DNA from: an uncultured Actinomycetota bacterium
GTDB lineage: Bacteria; Actinomycetota; Actinomycetes; Frankiales; Frankiaceae
Reading direction: 5' to 3'
Assembly (NCBI GenBank): GCA_963711145.1
Contig: CAVQDA010000010.1
Coordinates: forward strand, 167,030 to 231,029
DNA: 64,000 bases
Part shown: positions 62,586 to 64,000 of the stretch, in pieces
How the letters are laid out: each line of letters starts with the position of its first letter
Numbering within the stretch: the stretch's first letter is position 1
The notes under the pieces: generated by a model
Database searches by the model: none
What the model saw: the letters and a program-made list of their open reading frames with translations, nothing else
What the model was told of the DNA's origin: nothing
Position numbers and translations under genes: made by a program

Positions 62586-63477
62586 ACGAAGGTGTGGCGC
62601 AGCATGTGCGGGTGCATCCGTGGCAGCCGCACCCCGGCGAGCATCGCGAGGCGGTGTAGTCGTCGGGTGGCGGCGTGGCGGTCCATCCGGGCGCCTTGCC
62701 GGTTGAGCAGCAGCGGTCCGTGGACGCGCTCACCCGCGGCGCGGTCGACGGCGCGGCTGACCGCCGGCGGCAGCGGCAGCGGCACGAGCACGACCTTGCC
62801 GCCTTTACCTTGCACCCGCACGACGCGGTGGCCGTGTTCCTCACCGAGGTCTTCCAGGCTGATCCCTGTGGCCTCGAACACCCGCAGCCCGAGCAGACCC
62901 AGCAGGCAGACCAGCGCGACGTCGTTCGGGTTCGCTGAGGTGCGAGCCGCGGTCAGCAGCGCTTCAAACTGCAGATGGGTCAGCCCCAGGGCCGGAGACT
63001 CCGGTGGCACCCGGGGTCGGCGGACATGCTCGGCCGGTGAGTGCGCCAGCCGCCCGTCGATGACACAGGTGCGGTAGAAGCAGCTGACCACGGACATCCG
63101 CCGGGACACCGTCGACGGTTTGAGCCGGCGGATCTCCTGCATCCACCGCACGTACAGCTCAAGATCGTTACGGCTAGCAGTGAGGGGCGCCAGCGACCGA
63201 GTGGCGCACCAGTCGAAGAACTGGCGCAGATCGGACTCGGTGTGCTCACGTGACGTGCCCCGGTAGCGGGACAGGTGGGCTACCGCGGCGACCCGGACCT
63301 CGTCCGGTGCGTCACTGTCAACCTCGAGGTGGCGAACCGCTGCCACCACCACACCGTCCGCCCCCGGCGACGCCGGGCGCTATCCGCCGGCCGAGTGACA
63401 CGACGAAGCTCGTCGCGGCAGATGAGCGCGTTCCCCACGGGAGCGCAGCGTAAGTCGCGCGTTGTTGACTTCCGCGC

Positions 63478-64000
63478 CTACGGCCGCGGTCCTCGGGCCG
63501 GCTGGTATCTGGACCCTGAACGCGCCGGCGGCCTGGAGGGGAGGAGCAGGGTTCGCGTCCAGGCGTCGGCCAGCCAGGCGGCGTACTGGGTGGGTGTCCA
63601 GCCGCAGCCGACGACGAGGAGCGCGTAGTAGTCCGCGTCGTTCATGCTCCACACGATGTCGGCGACCTCGTCGTCGGTGAGATCGTCGCGTAGCTGTCCG
63701 GTAGCGCGCAGATCGGCCGCGAACAGGCGCATGTTGGCGGCGCGTCTCGTGGAGATCTCGTCGCGGAGGGCGGCGCAGTCGCTGTCGGTGAGAGCGGCTT
63801 CGCGCAGGGCGCGGTGCACCGGTGCCATTCGCTCGCCGATGACGGCGACTGCGGCGGCGTAGATGGCGATCTTCTCGTGGGCGTTGGGGGCGGCGCGGAT
63901 GCGGCGAACGTAGTCGCGATCCTCGGCGGGTACGGCGTCGTCGGTGCCCGAGATGGCCGTTTCCATCAGCGCGCGCATGAGCTCGGGTTTACGCCCTACG
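63478..64000 (-). CDS. TetR-family regulator, C-terminal ligand-binding part (N-terminus lies beyond the window end)
   Basis: The open frame runs to the window edge: ...PELMRALMETAISG...DDEVADIVWSMNDADYYALLVVGCGWTPTQYAAWLADAWTRTLL... Confidence 0.6.
   Translation of the reverse strand, partial: VGRKPELMRALMETAISGTDDAVPAEDRDYVRRIRAAPNAHEKIAIYAAAVAVIGERMAPVHRALREAALTDSDCAALRDEISTRRAANMRLFAADLRATGQLRDDLTDDEVADIVWSMNDADYYALLVVGCGWTPTQYAAWLADAWTRTLLLPSRPPARSGSRYQPARGPRP

Larger units (their letters stand above)
61861..63352 (-). pseudogene. tyrosine recombinase/integrase (XerC/D-like) split by an insertion
   Basis: The N-part 62570..63352 ends ...HPHMLRHTFV. The C-part resumes TTMLDAGVDLRDVQIAARHADPRTTMRYD...AYMASGT* (61861..62020). 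Deleting 62018-62585 (568 nt) gives one 924-nt ORF. Confidence 0.85.

Noticed and set aside
38312-63352. A classical integron (integrase plus attC-bounded cassettes) as the explanation for the repeat family.
   Set aside because: Intervals between repeats carry multi-gene units with their own regulators, in both orientations. The recombinase is 8 kb from the last repeat and is itself disrupted. No attI/Pc-like arrangement is visible. Only a looser recombination-site or REP/MITE-like idea was kept.

Overview
High-GC (about 70%) actinobacterial chromosomal DNA with four parts. (1) 1-34.4 kb is a dense, mostly translationally coupled lipid/steroid-type beta-oxidation island. It holds many acyl-CoA dehydrogenases (one a fused double-domain type), thiolases, SCP-x/Ltp-type thiolase-like proteins with DUF35 partners, enoyl-CoA hydratases, SDRs and two LLM/F420-type oxidoreductases. 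It also holds a binding-protein-less LivHMGF-like ABC importer, a stand-alone ribBA, and sequence matches to the published KstR and KstR2 operator consensus. (2) 34.5-38.2 kb carries a Tat-lipoprotein amidohydrolase, a truncated ABC-2 permease remnant and a NarL-type two-component pair. (3) 38.3-61.6 kb is an accessory mosaic of regulator-plus-enzyme modules (MmyB-like, LysR, two large LAL/LuxR ATPase regulators, hydrolases, a carotenoid oxygenase, a CDF transporter) with many broken genes. At least 8 copies of a 25-50 bp repeat sit at its module and truncation junctions. (4) 61.9-63.4 kb is a tyrosine recombinase gene split by a 560-bp element with terminal inverted repeats, followed by a partial TetR gene. 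Most notable: nine of the ten consecutive genes at 24.97-33.26 kb, including the kstR2-like repressor, carry at least 12 reading-frame breaks, all in the +1 direction. The ~24 kb of genes upstream and the genes just downstream are intact. No rRNA, tRNA or CRISPR array was seen. Family assignments are by motif recognition from the translations, not by database search.
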